The notes below the pieces were generated by a model. The model ran no database searches. It worked only from the letters and a program-made list of their open reading frames with translations, and was not told where the DNA came from. The position numbers and the translations under genes are program-made. From positions 1,845 through 65,844 of the forward strand of contig CANFXY010000002.1 in the NCBI GenBank assembly GCA_947451105.1: 64,000 nt of DNA, read 5' to 3'. Of the stretch, positions 19,284 through 28,478 are shown piece by piece; position 1 is the stretch's first letter, and each line of letters starts with the position of its first letter. Source of the DNA: Bacteroidota bacterium. Lineage in GTDB: Bacteria > Bacteroidota > Bacteroidia > NS11-12g > UBA955.

Positions 19284-20858
19284 TTACTTTCTCTTCTTTT
19301 TAGATTTTTTTGGCTTAATGCTTTCCTTTTTAATTTCAATATTAGTTAAGCTTCTTCTTTCTTTGCGCTTCAAGAAATCATCTAATAAAGGTTGTTCTTT
19401 TTTAAGCCAGCTCAAACCAGACAGAATCTTTTCAGTCTCAGGAAAATCTTTAATGGGATACATTTTCCCATCTGGCTCAGCGTAAAATTTAATGCTTTTA
19501 ACTTTTGATGAATCAAACCCTATGTTCATCTTACCACAGCGCACTTTGTTTACACCAGTATATTCTGCAGTATCTGTCTCATTGTTTCTTATATAGTATA
19601 TGCTCTCAGCATTTCCTTCTACAAGAACGGAAACCAACTTATTGTTTGAAAATTGATTGACCATTTTCCGGCCAGCAATTTGATTGTACGTTTCAGGTTT
19701 TATCTCCGATGCCAAAAATGCATTTCCGAAAACATTCAAGGTTTTAATTGATCCATTACGTATGTAAATACGCATGGTGTCACCAGTAATTTGATTGCCT
19801 GAACTCCATAGAATAGGCGCATGGTACAAGTGTATACTTGAATCTTTGAAGTTATAAATCAATGAGTCGCAGCGGCCTTTAAAGTCCTTTTGTGAAAGTG
19901 AGGTATGGTGAAATGCCCTTAAATATCTATTGCTGGTGTCATTGCTAAAATAAAGCGAATCAGCCATTAAATAAAAAGTGTCTTTGGGGTCTGATTTTAC
20001 AGCTAAGGGATTTCCAGAAATTATACTCAACTTCTGTTTTTGAAAATACTGTCCATACTGACCATAAACTTCAAAACGCTCTGTGCTATCATATAAATGA
20101 ATATTGCCTATGCCAATACCCTTTCCTATCTTTTTGTCGTAAATTAAACTATCAGCAGAGATGTAATTAGAGTCGTTGTAAATGGTAGCACCTTTGCTAA
20201 ACTGAGCTTTTTCGCTTTTCGTATTATACCAACCGTAATTGCATACAATGGTGTTCTCATTGCTAATAATTTTTGTAGGCCCAAAGAAAAACGCTGTTTT
20301 GGAAGTTGAATAATAATCTAAGGTATCAGACTCCATGGTATAATCTGGACTCTTTAATACCACTTTGTCTTTGAAATTAAATGAATTGATTCTTCTGTTG
20401 TAATATCCTCTTTTGCTCTTAAGCCGTGTGTTTTCATTTAAGATGTCTGCTCCATTTGTATAATAACCTACTTGATTTTGAATGTTATAACTCAATGAAG
20501 TCGTTAACAAAGTCATTTGTTGATCCTTTAATATGACGCTCTTCCCCGTTACTTTGGCAATTTTTGTAGCTTCATCATAAACCAAATAGTCGCCACCCGA
20601 TAAAGTAAAAGTATCTGCTTGATAAATGAAAATGTTACCGAAACCTTCAATAACCCCATCATCAATTTTTCGAATGGCACTATCGCACTGAATGGTGACA
20701 CCATTATGTCTTATCACGACATCTTTGACTATATATAAATAATTCTTTATTTGATTCCCATACATCTTCTCTCCACCCAATATCTCAACTTTTGTTTGGC
20801 TAAACAACGAAATCTGGGATCCAAAAATCAATAATAATATTAGTCTATACTTCTTCAA
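19284..20858 (-). CDS. OstA-like (LptA/LptD N-terminal-like) repeat protein
   Basis: 524 aa; signal peptide; repeated beta-jellyroll-like segments of the OstA type (e.g. VVIRHNGVTIQCDSA, DKVVLKSPDYTMESDTLDY). Confidence 0.55.
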   Translation of the reverse strand: MKKYRLILLLIFGSQISLFSQTKVEILGGEKMYGNQIKNYLYIVKDVVIRHNGVTIQCDSAIRKIDDGVIEGFGNIFIYQADTFTLSGGDYLVYDEATKIAKVTGKSVILKDQQMTLLTTSLSYNIQNQVGYYTNGADILNENTRLKSKRGYYNRRINSFNFKDKVVLKSPDYTMESDTLDYYSTSKTAFFFGPTKIISNENTIVCNYGWYNTKSEKAQFSKGATIYNDSNYISADSLIYDKKIGKGIGIGNIHLYDSTERFEVYGQYGQYFQKQKLSIISGNPLAVKSDPKDTFYLMADSLYFSNDTSNRYLRAFHHTSLSQKDFKGRCDSLIYNFKDSSIHLYHAPILWSSGNQITGDTMRIYIRNGSIKTLNVFGNAFLASEIKPETYNQIAGRKMVNQFSNNKLVSVLVEGNAESIYYIRNNETDTAEYTGVNKVRCGKMNIGFDSSKVKSIKFYAEPDGKMYPIKDFPETEKILSGLSWLKKEQPLLDDFLKRKERRSLTNIEIKKESIKPKKSKKKRK

Positions 20859-20893
20859 ACTGAACGCAATAATCGGAATAAAAATCTATTTCT

Positions 20894-20901
20894 TACCTTT
20901 G
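20894..20901 (+). promoter_or_regulatory. candidate -7 box (TAnnTTTG)
   Basis: TACCTTTG, 14 nt before the tilS ATG. Confidence 0.45.
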
Positions 20902-20902
20902 T

Positions 20903-20910
20903 CAAAATTA
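20903..20910 (-). promoter_or_regulatory. candidate -7 box (TAnnTTTG on minus strand)
   Basis: CAAAATTA equals TAATTTTG; faces the OstA-like gene (start 20858); interlocked with the tilS box. Confidence 0.4.
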
Positions 20911-20915
20911 GTGCC

Positions 20916-22244
20916 ATGCTTTCTGATTTTGAAAACTACATTCAAGAAAACAAACTCTTTTCAAAAGAAGATAAGCTTTTACTCGCTATTAGCGGGGGAC
21001 AAGACAGTGTTTTTTTGTTCCATTTATTGTTAATGGGGGGATATAATTTCTCAGTTGCCCATTGTAATTTTCAATTAAGAGGCAACGACAGTATTTTAGA
21101 CGAATATTTTGTCAAATCGCTATGTTACTCAAACAATATTACCTGTCATATCAAAGCATTTGATACAAAACAGGAAGCAAAAAAATTAAAACTAGGAACT
21201 CAGGAAGTTGCTAGGAAATTAAGGTATGATTGGTTTGATGAACTAAAGAATTCAGAAAATTATACCTATGTGTTAACCGCCCATCATTCATCTGACAACA
21301 CAGAAACCATGCTAATCAACATCTTGAGATCAACTGGTGTGTCTGGTTTGCATGGTATTCAAAATAAAAATGGCTACCTCGTTCGACCTTTGCTGTATCT
21401 AAACAGGGAACAAATTAGTTCCTATCTCAGTGCATCAAAAATTGAGTTTAGGCTTGATATAAGCAATGAAAGCGACGACTATTTGCGAAATAAAATAAGG
21501 CATCACATTGTACCTGAATTTGAAAAAATTGAACCTAAGATTGATGCTGTATTCTCAAGTGTTTCCAAGCATCTAAAAGAATTTGAAGATCTTAGCGAAA
21601 ACCTTCTAAAGAATTTATGGGACACCAATGTGGTATTTAACAATTCTATATATTCTATTCCTGATACCCTATTTAACAACATATCTGAGCCTAATATTCT
21701 TTTATACTATTGTCTTAAGAAATTTGGGTTCAATGCTTCAAGTATAAAATCACTAGAGCCAATTTCTACTCTTGAATTGGGAGCGGTCATATATACGGAA
21801 GATTGGCAACTAACAAGAGAAAGAAATGGTTTTGATCTCAGAAAGAAAGAAATCATCGAACCCTTTTCAAAAATAATTTACTCAGTTAATGACATTGCTA
21901 CGCTCAACGGCACTGAAATAACCTTTAAAATTGTAGCCAAAAGTGAAATTGATTTTAAAAAGGAAAATATACTTTTCTTTGATCTTCAAAAAAGTCGATT
22001 CCCATTAGAAATAAGGACATGGAAAGCCCATGACAAAATGCAACCACTGGGATTAATTGGCCATAAAAAAGTAAGTGATATCTTGACAGATAAAAAAGTT
22101 AAAGCGAGTGAAAGAAAATCACAATTGCTATTAATAGATGCTGAAAAAAACATTATGGCTGTATTGCCTAATATTTGCAGCGAAGTCCACAAAATTAGTC
22201 ATGAAACTGATGAAGCCTTGGCAATTTGCTTGAAATACCATTAA
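20916..22244 (+). CDS. tilS: tRNA(Ile)-lysidine synthase
   Basis: PP-loop LAISGGQDS; 442 aa; TilS-like C-terminal domain. Confidence 0.85.
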   Translation: MLSDFENYIQENKLFSKEDKLLLAISGGQDSVFLFHLLLMGGYNFSVAHCNFQLRGNDSILDEYFVKSLCYSNNITCHIKAFDTKQEAKKLKLGTQEVARKLRYDWFDELKNSENYTYVLTAHHSSDNTETMLINILRSTGVSGLHGIQNKNGYLVRPLLYLNREQISSYLSASKIEFRLDISNESDDYLRNKIRHHIVPEFEKIEPKIDAVFSSVSKHLKEFEDLSENLLKNLWDTNVVFNNSIYSIPDTLFNNISEPNILLYYCLKKFGFNASSIKSLEPISTLELGAVIYTEDWQLTRERNGFDLRKKEIIEPFSKIIYSVNDIATLNGTEITFKIVAKSEIDFKKENILFFDLQKSRFPLEIRTWKAHDKMQPLGLIGHKKVSDILTDKKVKASERKSQLLLIDAEKNIMAVLPNICSEVHKISHETDEALAICLKYH

Positions 22245-22249
22245 ATTTG
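22242..22249 (+). promoter_or_regulatory. candidate -7 box (TAnnTTTG)
   Basis: TAAATTTG overlaps the tilS stop codon; 32 nt before the ATG at 22282; abuts the palindrome at 22249-22264. Confidence 0.4.
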
Positions 22250-22281
22250 TATTACACGTAATACACCATTATACAATACAC

Positions 22282-24984
22282 ATGAAAAAAATATTTTTAC
22301 TTTTTTCCCTATTTGCAATTTCTTTTAACACCCTAAAATCAGAATGTGTGATCGTTCCACTGAGTCTCGAGAATAGGGTTAATCCATCATCACTAATTGT
22401 AGAGGCCAAAGTTGGCACACAAGTTTCATATTGGAATTCAGACCACAGTATGATTTTTACCTCCCATGAATTGCTATTAAGCAGTGTTTTCAAAGGTTCA
22501 GAATTCTTAAAGGTAAACAAAATAAACATTATTACACTTGGTGGTCAAGTAGATGATAAGGCAATCAAAGTAGAACCAGAGCTCGAGTTAGAATCAGGCG
22601 ACATTGGTATTTTTCTTTTGGTTCAAAAAGATGGGGAATGGGTAGCTGAAAGTGGACCTCAAGGATTCATAAAAATTGATAAGTATACCGGCATTTCAAG
22701 TGACATATTTAATATATACCCAGCATTTTCAATTCAAAGTAAAATTAAAAACCTAACTGGCTTGCCAAATGTTGAAATCAATGCATTGTTAACCAAAGTT
22801 ACAATTAACAATAAAAGAGCAACACCTTCAATAAGTTCTATATTTCCTAAAACCTTATCGGCTGGCACATCGACGGTTTTAACGATTAAAGGTTTGAATT
22901 TCAAACCAAGTATTGATACCAGCAGCGTTCAATTTAAAAATGCAGATGATGGTGGTGCAAGCTATATAAAAGCATTGAAAAGAGACTTGGTTTCTTGGTC
23001 TGATACGATGATTAAATTAATTGTGAGAACCAAGGCCGGAACAGGTAAAATCAGACTTGTAATTGCTGGAAATGGCATAACAACGTCAACAGATACTTTA
23101 AAAGTATCTTACGCTCATTTAAATGTTGTAAGTGGTGATTCAATAGGATATGAAACCCAACAAATTGGAATGAATTCAAGCAATGGTATCACCTGGAAAA
23201 TGAATCAAAGATTTTATGATTCTGCTGGAGCTAGAGGTGCATTTATTAGAAGTCTAGAAAGATGGCGATGTGGAACCTACATCAATTGGGATACACTTGG
23301 CCATGTTAAACACAGTTCTATCAAACCTGATGGCGTTAACATGTGTGCATGGGATACATTAAATAATATGCCAAATGGCGTATTGGCGCAATGTTTTAGC
23401 TATTGGTCAGGTTGTTATAACCCAGGCCTAAAATGGTTTGTAAATGAATTGGATATACGCTTTAGAATCAGGCCAACCAATACAACCAATTGGAACTATA
23501 CCACTAGCCAAGCAACAAGCAATCAATTTCATTTTGAATCCGTAGCTACACATGAATTAGGTCATGGTCACCAAATGGGCCATGTTATAAATAGCGCCGT
23601 TGTTATGCATTATTCGATTGCAAATGGTCAAAACAAACCAAGTTTAAGCCCAGATGATGTTAATGCTGGAAATTATGTTATAAATAAAAGTGGGACATCA
23701 GTTTGTGGCAAAAGCATTCACAGCAAACTAAACTCAGGAACTTGCGCAATAGTTGCACCTCTGGCAAACTTCCGTATATCAAAAAATCCTATATGTAAAA
23801 ACGACATCGTTACTTTTACAGATTCATCTCTAGGAAATATTTCAGCATACGATTGGGATTTTGGGGCTAATGCAAGTCCTGCCACAGCGGTTGGAAAGGG
23901 GCCTCACAATTGTGTGTTTTCTGCAGGTGGGACCAAAACAATAAAATTGACCATTACTACTATTACCGGCAGTATCGTTAAAAATAAAACTTTAAATGTA
24001 CAGAACGACAGTAAAATGTATCCAAATTTTACTTATTTAGCTGCGGAGAAAGGTAATATCTCATTTACCAATACATCTAATAGCCCTGTAAACTCAAAAT
24101 GGTATTTCGGAGATGGCGACTCAAGTTTAACCAATAATACTAACCATACCTACAACTTAGGAGGTTCGTACAATGTTAAGTTAATCAGCACCAATACTTG
24201 TAATACCCACGACACAACGATTAGCATAAAATTATCTGATTTAAATTTTTATATCAATAAAGCTTCAGCTTGTATTAATGAGCCAATATATTTCATTGAC
24301 TCAAGCGATTCATATGCTAGCAATTGGATATGGACATTCCCAGGTGGTTTCCCTAGCACAGCTAATGGAAAAGGTCCTCATAAAATAATTTACAACACCT
24401 CCGGAAACAAGAATGCTTCCTTAACTATTTCTTGCCCTGGAAACAACAATACAAATCAATCTTACACCAAAAACAACCTTATAAACATCGGAAATGATAC
24501 GATAACCGAAGCTTCATTTAATTACAGTTATTATGCAAACAATAAAGTTGGTTTTATAAACCAATCTACAGGAAGCAATCTAAGTTACAAATGGTATTTT
24601 GGCGATGGAGATAGCAGCACATCTAAAAACCCTATACATCAATATTCGAATGCCAATCTTAAATCAGTGAAATTAATTGTAAAAGGAAATTGCGGAACAA
24701 AAGACACAACAATTACGCTGCGAGATTTTACATTATTGAAACAAAACAATGTTTACTTTATGGATTTTTATCCAAATCCAAGTTCAGATTTCATTACCAT
24801 TCTAAGCAATTTAGATCAAAAAATAAATGTAAAAATAACTGACGTAAGCGGTAAAATAGTTTTGGAAATGAATGGTTTAAATGGTGAAAAAATAGATCTA
24901 CATTCAATTTCAACTGGCACTTATTTGGTTAAAATGAGCAGTGAAGAGCTTGTTAAAAATCAAGTTTTACAAATTAATCATTAA
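22282..24984 (+). CDS. secreted metzincin-like zinc metalloprotease with IPT/TIG and PKD domains and a T9SS C-terminal sorting domain
   Basis: HELGHGHQMGH followed by a Met-turn-like VVMHY; IPT-like SISSIFPKTLSAGTSTVLTIKGLNF; at least 4 PKD-like units (WDFG.., WYFGDGDSS x2); C-terminus FYPNPSSDFITI...GTYLVKM is typical of a T9SS CTD. Confidence 0.7.
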   Translation: MKKIFLLFSLFAISFNTLKSECVIVPLSLENRVNPSSLIVEAKVGTQVSYWNSDHSMIFTSHELLLSSVFKGSEFLKVNKINIITLGGQVDDKAIKVEPELELESGDIGIFLLVQKDGEWVAESGPQGFIKIDKYTGISSDIFNIYPAFSIQSKIKNLTGLPNVEINALLTKVTINNKRATPSISSIFPKTLSAGTSTVLTIKGLNFKPSIDTSSVQFKNADDGGASYIKALKRDLVSWSDTMIKLIVRTKAGTGKIRLVIAGNGITTSTDTLKVSYAHLNVVSGDSIGYETQQIGMNSSNGITWKMNQRFYDSAGARGAFIRSLERWRCGTYINWDTLGHVKHSSIKPDGVNMCAWDTLNNMPNGVLAQCFSYWSGCYNPGLKWFVNELDIRFRIRPTNTTNWNYTTSQATSNQFHFESVATHELGHGHQMGHVINSAVVMHYSIANGQNKPSLSPDDVNAGNYVINKSGTSVCGKSIHSKLNSGTCAIVAPLANFRISKNPICKNDIVTFTDSSLGNISAYDWDFGANASPATAVGKGPHNCVFSAGGTKTIKLTITTITGSIVKNKTLNVQNDSKMYPNFTYLAAEKGNISFTNTSNSPVNSKWYFGDGDSSLTNNTNHTYNLGGSYNVKLISTNTCNTHDTTISIKLSDLNFYINKASACINEPIYFIDSSDSYASNWIWTFPGGFPSTANGKGPHKIIYNTSGNKNASLTISCPGNNNTNQSYTKNNLINIGNDTITEASFNYSYYANNKVGFINQSTGSNLSYKWYFGDGDSSTSKNPIHQYSNANLKSVKLIVKGNCGTKDTTITLRDFTLLKQNNVYFMDFYPNPSSDFITILSNLDQKINVKITDVSGKIVLEMNGLNGEKIDLHSISTGTYLVKMSSEELVKNQVLQINH

Positions 24985-25072
24985 TTAATTAAAATTACGC
25001 GAAATTAATTAGCTGATTTTTAAGTTGTTGTAAAATTAATAAAAAAAAGAAGCAATAATTACTTAAAAAATA

Positions 25073-25080
25073 TACTTTTG
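25073..25080 (+). promoter_or_regulatory. candidate -7 box (TAnnTTTG)
   Basis: TACTTTTG followed by CA; 19 nt before the ATG at 25100. Confidence 0.45.
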
Positions 25081-25099
25081 CAAAAAATAGATTTTTAAA

Positions 25100-25321
25100 A
25101 TGTATTGGACCTTAGAATTAGTATCTTATTTAGATGATGCGCCGTGGCCTGCAACCAAAGATGAGTTGATAGACTATGCTATTCGTTCTGGAGCACCAAT
25201 GGAAGTTGTAGAAAACTTACAGGAGCTAGAAGACGATGGAGAACCATACGAAAGTATTGAGGAAATATGGGGTGATTATCCCACAGATGACGACTACTTC
25301 TTCCACGAAGACGAGCATTAA
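25100..25321 (+). CDS. DUF2795-like small acidic protein
   Basis: 73 aa; WPATKDELIDYAIRSGAPMEVVENLQEL resembles the DUF2795 core; acidic tail. Confidence 0.55.
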   Translation: MYWTLELVSYLDDAPWPATKDELIDYAIRSGAPMEVVENLQELEDDGEPYESIEEIWGDYPTDDDYFFHEDEH

Positions 25322-25322
25322 T

Positions 25323-26525
25323 CTATCCGAAAAATGCTTTTTGACGCTTGGCCATAACTTCTAAAACAGGCTCAGCAGTCACAATTAATTTCTCAATTGG
25401 TACAATTGGGTTGGAGATTGATTGATTGAAAAATTCATCAATTATTGTACTATTCTCATTCGAACGAATGTTTTGAAATTTGTACAAATGACCTTTCTTA
25501 TTGTTAAAAGATGTGTTTAGGTACAAACCTACAACCCCATCAATTTGACTTAATTCTAAAATATCAGATTCAATTAAAGCACTCAAAGTTTTTTTCTGCT
25601 GTAACAAATCAGCATGCTGACTTAATTCAAAAAAGTCAACAAATCCCTTCTTTTGAATTTGCTTTATAATGCTATTGTTAGCTATACTTCCACTATCAAG
25701 ATTAAAATGTAATTTAAAGCTCTTATCAAAAATGAAATTAGATACAATTTTTTGTTTTGAGTTTAGGCGCTTAAAGTTAATTTGCTCGTTGTATAAGTCT
25801 CTTAATTCAAGTTTTATTGCAACAAGATCTTCTTGCATCGCTGTTAAAATACTTTTTATAGCTTTTATAGGATCTATAGTCTCCAAGGACCAATTATTGA
25901 ATAAGCTCGCTTCTAAATCTAATTTTTGAAAAATATTTCCATATTGCTTCCATAATTGGTAGTTTAAATATAAAAGTATTTGACGTCGATTAGAAAAACT
26001 AAAATTATTGAATGCATGCCAGTCCAATATAGAATAGAATATTGTCTCAAGTGGCGAATATGCTTTAAAATCCTCTGTCCATTGCTCAAAAATTAGCTTC
26101 AAATCTTCTGGGCAAGACGCAGACTCTGGGGCTTGGTTTGAAAACAAATCGAAACTGTTGTTCTGCTCAGCTTCTTCACTAAACAAAATACATTCATAAA
26201 TTGAAGCAGTATTTTGAATGGTATGCAATCGAAAGTTATCAATTGATTTAAAAAACTGTTCGGTCTCTTTTTTAATTAAAATGTTCCTGCTGAGTTTCGT
26301 CTCTAAATACTCTGGAATCAATAAAGTATCAATATTTGAATTGACCAAACATGCATAATATGCTGATTTCCTTTTGAAACTCTTTTCTAAAAAACTTTTT
26401 TTGGTGGGCTCGCTTAAGGGTATGTTTTTAAATAAACCTGAAATTGCTTCAAGTTCCTCATTAACCAACTTGAAATCGTTGGAAAATATCTTATGTAATT
26501 GTTCAAAAATTAAATGATCCCTCAT
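25323..26525 (-). CDS. hypothetical protein (weak resemblance to a degenerate Fic fold)
   Basis: 400 aa; no signal peptide; see the finding for this gene; family not established. Confidence 0.5.
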   Translation of the reverse strand: MRDHLIFEQLHKIFSNDFKLVNEELEAISGLFKNIPLSEPTKKSFLEKSFKRKSAYYACLVNSNIDTLLIPEYLETKLSRNILIKKETEQFFKSIDNFRLHTIQNTASIYECILFSEEAEQNNSFDLFSNQAPESASCPEDLKLIFEQWTEDFKAYSPLETIFYSILDWHAFNNFSFSNRRQILLYLNYQLWKQYGNIFQKLDLEASLFNNWSLETIDPIKAIKSILTAMQEDLVAIKLELRDLYNEQINFKRLNSKQKIVSNFIFDKSFKLHFNLDSGSIANNSIIKQIQKKGFVDFFELSQHADLLQQKKTLSALIESDILELSQIDGVVGLYLNTSFNNKKGHLYKFQNIRSNENSTIIDEFFNQSISNPIVPIEKLIVTAEPVLEVMAKRQKAFFG

Positions 26526-26877
26526 GGCACTATTGCTACAAAATTCGTTTACTTAAATCTAATTTTAAATCAATGTTCATTTCACATACGCTGCAAATTA
26601 TTAACAAAAAAAGTGACTATATTGTATAAATCAAATAAAACAATACTGACAATACATAAAATGGTGTACAATAAAATACTCACCTTAAAAAGCTAGAGAA
26701 TAACATTCTCATTTTAGAATATTGATTGGACCATTTAAAATTGAATTATAATTTAAAATTTCAATGGATTAAGATGGTGCAATACTTCGTAAATGAAAAT
26801 TATACTTTTTTGGTACATTGTTTGTAATACTCTAAAATTCAAGCATTATAATTTAAACAAAATACTTATTTATCTTC

Positions 26878-27264
26878 ATGAAATACACAAATAATGTTCT
26901 AAAGCCTTTCCTTATCTCCGATGATAAAATATTAGAAGTTCATTATAAAGACAATGTAATTGTAACGCTTGAGGAGATTAAAATGCTACTTGACGACCTT
27001 TATGTATTCTCAAAAAATGAACGTATGAAGCGGTTAATAGTAATATCCAAAAATGCCAAAATGGAATTAGCTGCTAGAATCTATTTACAGGAACAAAATA
27101 AAAACTACAAAAATCTTATTGCAGCCGAAGCAATTGTCGTTTGCTCTTTAACCCAGAAAATGACAACTAATTTTTACTTGAAATTTATCAAAGATTCTTA
27201 TCCTTCTAAATTTTTTACAGAGATTGATAAAGCCAAAGAATGGCTATTAAAACAAGGTCAATAA
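26878..27264 (+). CDS. hypothetical protein
   Basis: 128 aa ORF; 7-nt convergent overlap with the hflX 3' end; no motif recognised. Confidence 0.45.
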   Translation: MKYTNNVLKPFLISDDKILEVHYKDNVIVTLEEIKMLLDDLYVFSKNERMKRLIVISKNAKMELAARIYLQEQNKNYKNLIAAEAIVVCSLTQKMTTNFYLKFIKDSYPSKFFTEIDKAKEWLLKQGQ

Positions 27265-28412
27265 CCTTCAGGAAAAAGTTCAACAATCTTCTGCTTAAAT
27301 TCCAATATATTGGTTTTGCTTGTTGCCGATATAAAAGCCACTGGTGCGTGCTCTTTGCTAATCCAGCTTCTCTCAAATTCCGTTAGAACCGTATCAGGAT
27401 TACTTTCTAAATAAGCATCTATTTTATTAAAAACCAATAATGTTGGTTTGTCTTTTGCCCCAATTTCAAACAAGGTTTGTTTAACCAGAAGCATTTGGTT
27501 TTCAAAATCAGGGTTCGAGATATCTATAACGTGAATTAAAGCATCAGCCTCTATAACTTCAGCCAAAGTACTTTTAAAACTCTCAATCAATAATGTTGGC
27601 AGTTTTCTTATAAATCCAACAGTATCACTTAATAGAATTGGTATATGTTTACCTTCGGATCTATGATCTTCTAAAACAACTTTTCTCACCGTTGAATCCA
27701 AGGTTGCAAATAATTTGTTTTCTGCCAAAATATCAGCGTGACTCAATAAGTTCATGATTGTGCTTTTACCTACGTTGGTGTATCCAACCAATGCAACCCT
27801 TTTCTTATCAAATCTATTCTGCCTTTGAACATAGTTCTGCTTTTCAATTAAGGCCAAACGTTCTTGTAGTTTGGTGATATTGCTGCGTATTACCCTTCTA
27901 TCGGTTTCAATCTCAGTTTCACCCGGACCTTTCATACCGATACCTCCTTTTTGCTTGGATAAGTGGGTCCACATTTTTGTTAGGCGGGGAAGCATGTATT
28001 GATTTTGAGCAAGTTCTACCTGGGTCTTGGCTTGAGCAGTCTTTGCATTTTTTGAAAAAATATCAAGTATCAACATGCTACGGTCTAGAATTTTAACATC
28101 TTTGATCACACGTTCAATATTCCTTATTTGAGAAGGACTTAACTCATCGTCAAAAATAACCATATCTGCTCCTTCAACCTTAACCATAGTCTCCAATTCA
28201 CCTAATTTCCCCTCGCCTAAAAAAGTTCTTGGATCTGGGTATTCTAAATTTTGGGTTATTCTACCTTTGGTTAATGCACCTGCTGTAGTTGTTAAGGCTT
28301 CTAATTCGTCTAAATAGTCCTTCAGGTGATTTTCTCTATCCCCTTTGCGATGCACGCCAACTAAAATCGCTTTTTCGGTCTTTACATCGTTATAAAAATA
28401 TGCAGGTTTCAA
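27258..28412 (-). CDS. hflX: GTPase HflX
   Basis: G1 GYTNVGKST, G3 DTVGF, G4 NKID; HflX N-terminal domain; TTG start. Confidence 0.85.
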   Translation of the reverse strand: MKPAYFYNDVKTEKAILVGVHRKGDRENHLKDYLDELEALTTTAGALTKGRITQNLEYPDPRTFLGEGKLGELETMVKVEGADMVIFDDELSPSQIRNIERVIKDVKILDRSMLILDIFSKNAKTAQAKTQVELAQNQYMLPRLTKMWTHLSKQKGGIGMKGPGETEIETDRRVIRSNITKLQERLALIEKQNYVQRQNRFDKKRVALVGYTNVGKSTIMNLLSHADILAENKLFATLDSTVRKVVLEDHRSEGKHIPILLSDTVGFIRKLPTLLIESFKSTLAEVIEADALIHVIDISNPDFENQMLLVKQTLFEIGAKDKPTLLVFNKIDAYLESNPDTVLTEFERSWISKEHAPVAFISATSKTNILEFKQKIVELFPEGY

Positions 28413-28423
28413 TAAATATTAAT

Positions 28424-28431
28424 TATTTTTG
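28424..28431 (+). promoter_or_regulatory. candidate -7 box (TAnnTTTG)
   Basis: TATTTTTG, 47 nt before the GTG at 28479. Confidence 0.35.
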
Positions 28432-28441
28432 TAATCAACTA

Positions 28442-28449
28442 CAAACATA
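28442..28449 (-). promoter_or_regulatory. candidate -7 box (TAnnTTTG on minus strand)
   Basis: CAAACATA equals TATGTTTG; 29 nt before the hflX start. Confidence 0.4.
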
Positions 28450-28478
28450 GTATTTTAGCCCTTTATTTCCGGCATTTA

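Noticed and set aside
20901-20916. Minus-strand sigma-54-like site TGGCACTAATTTTGAC upstream of the OstA-like gene. It was tempting because a sigma-54 activator sits beside lptE in this window.
   Set aside because: The -12 element is again TTGA rather than TTGC. The supposed -12 region is itself the TAATTTTG -7 box, and the TGGCAC is the reverse complement of the tilS start context (GTGCCATG). My rough expectation for this loose pattern in the window is about one chance hit.
26524-26539. TGGCACTATTGCTACA next to the start of the 400-aa orphan gene
   Set aside because: The GG-to-GC spacing is 7 nt instead of 10, and the site overlaps the coding start of the minus-strand gene. It is not a plausible -24/-12 promoter.
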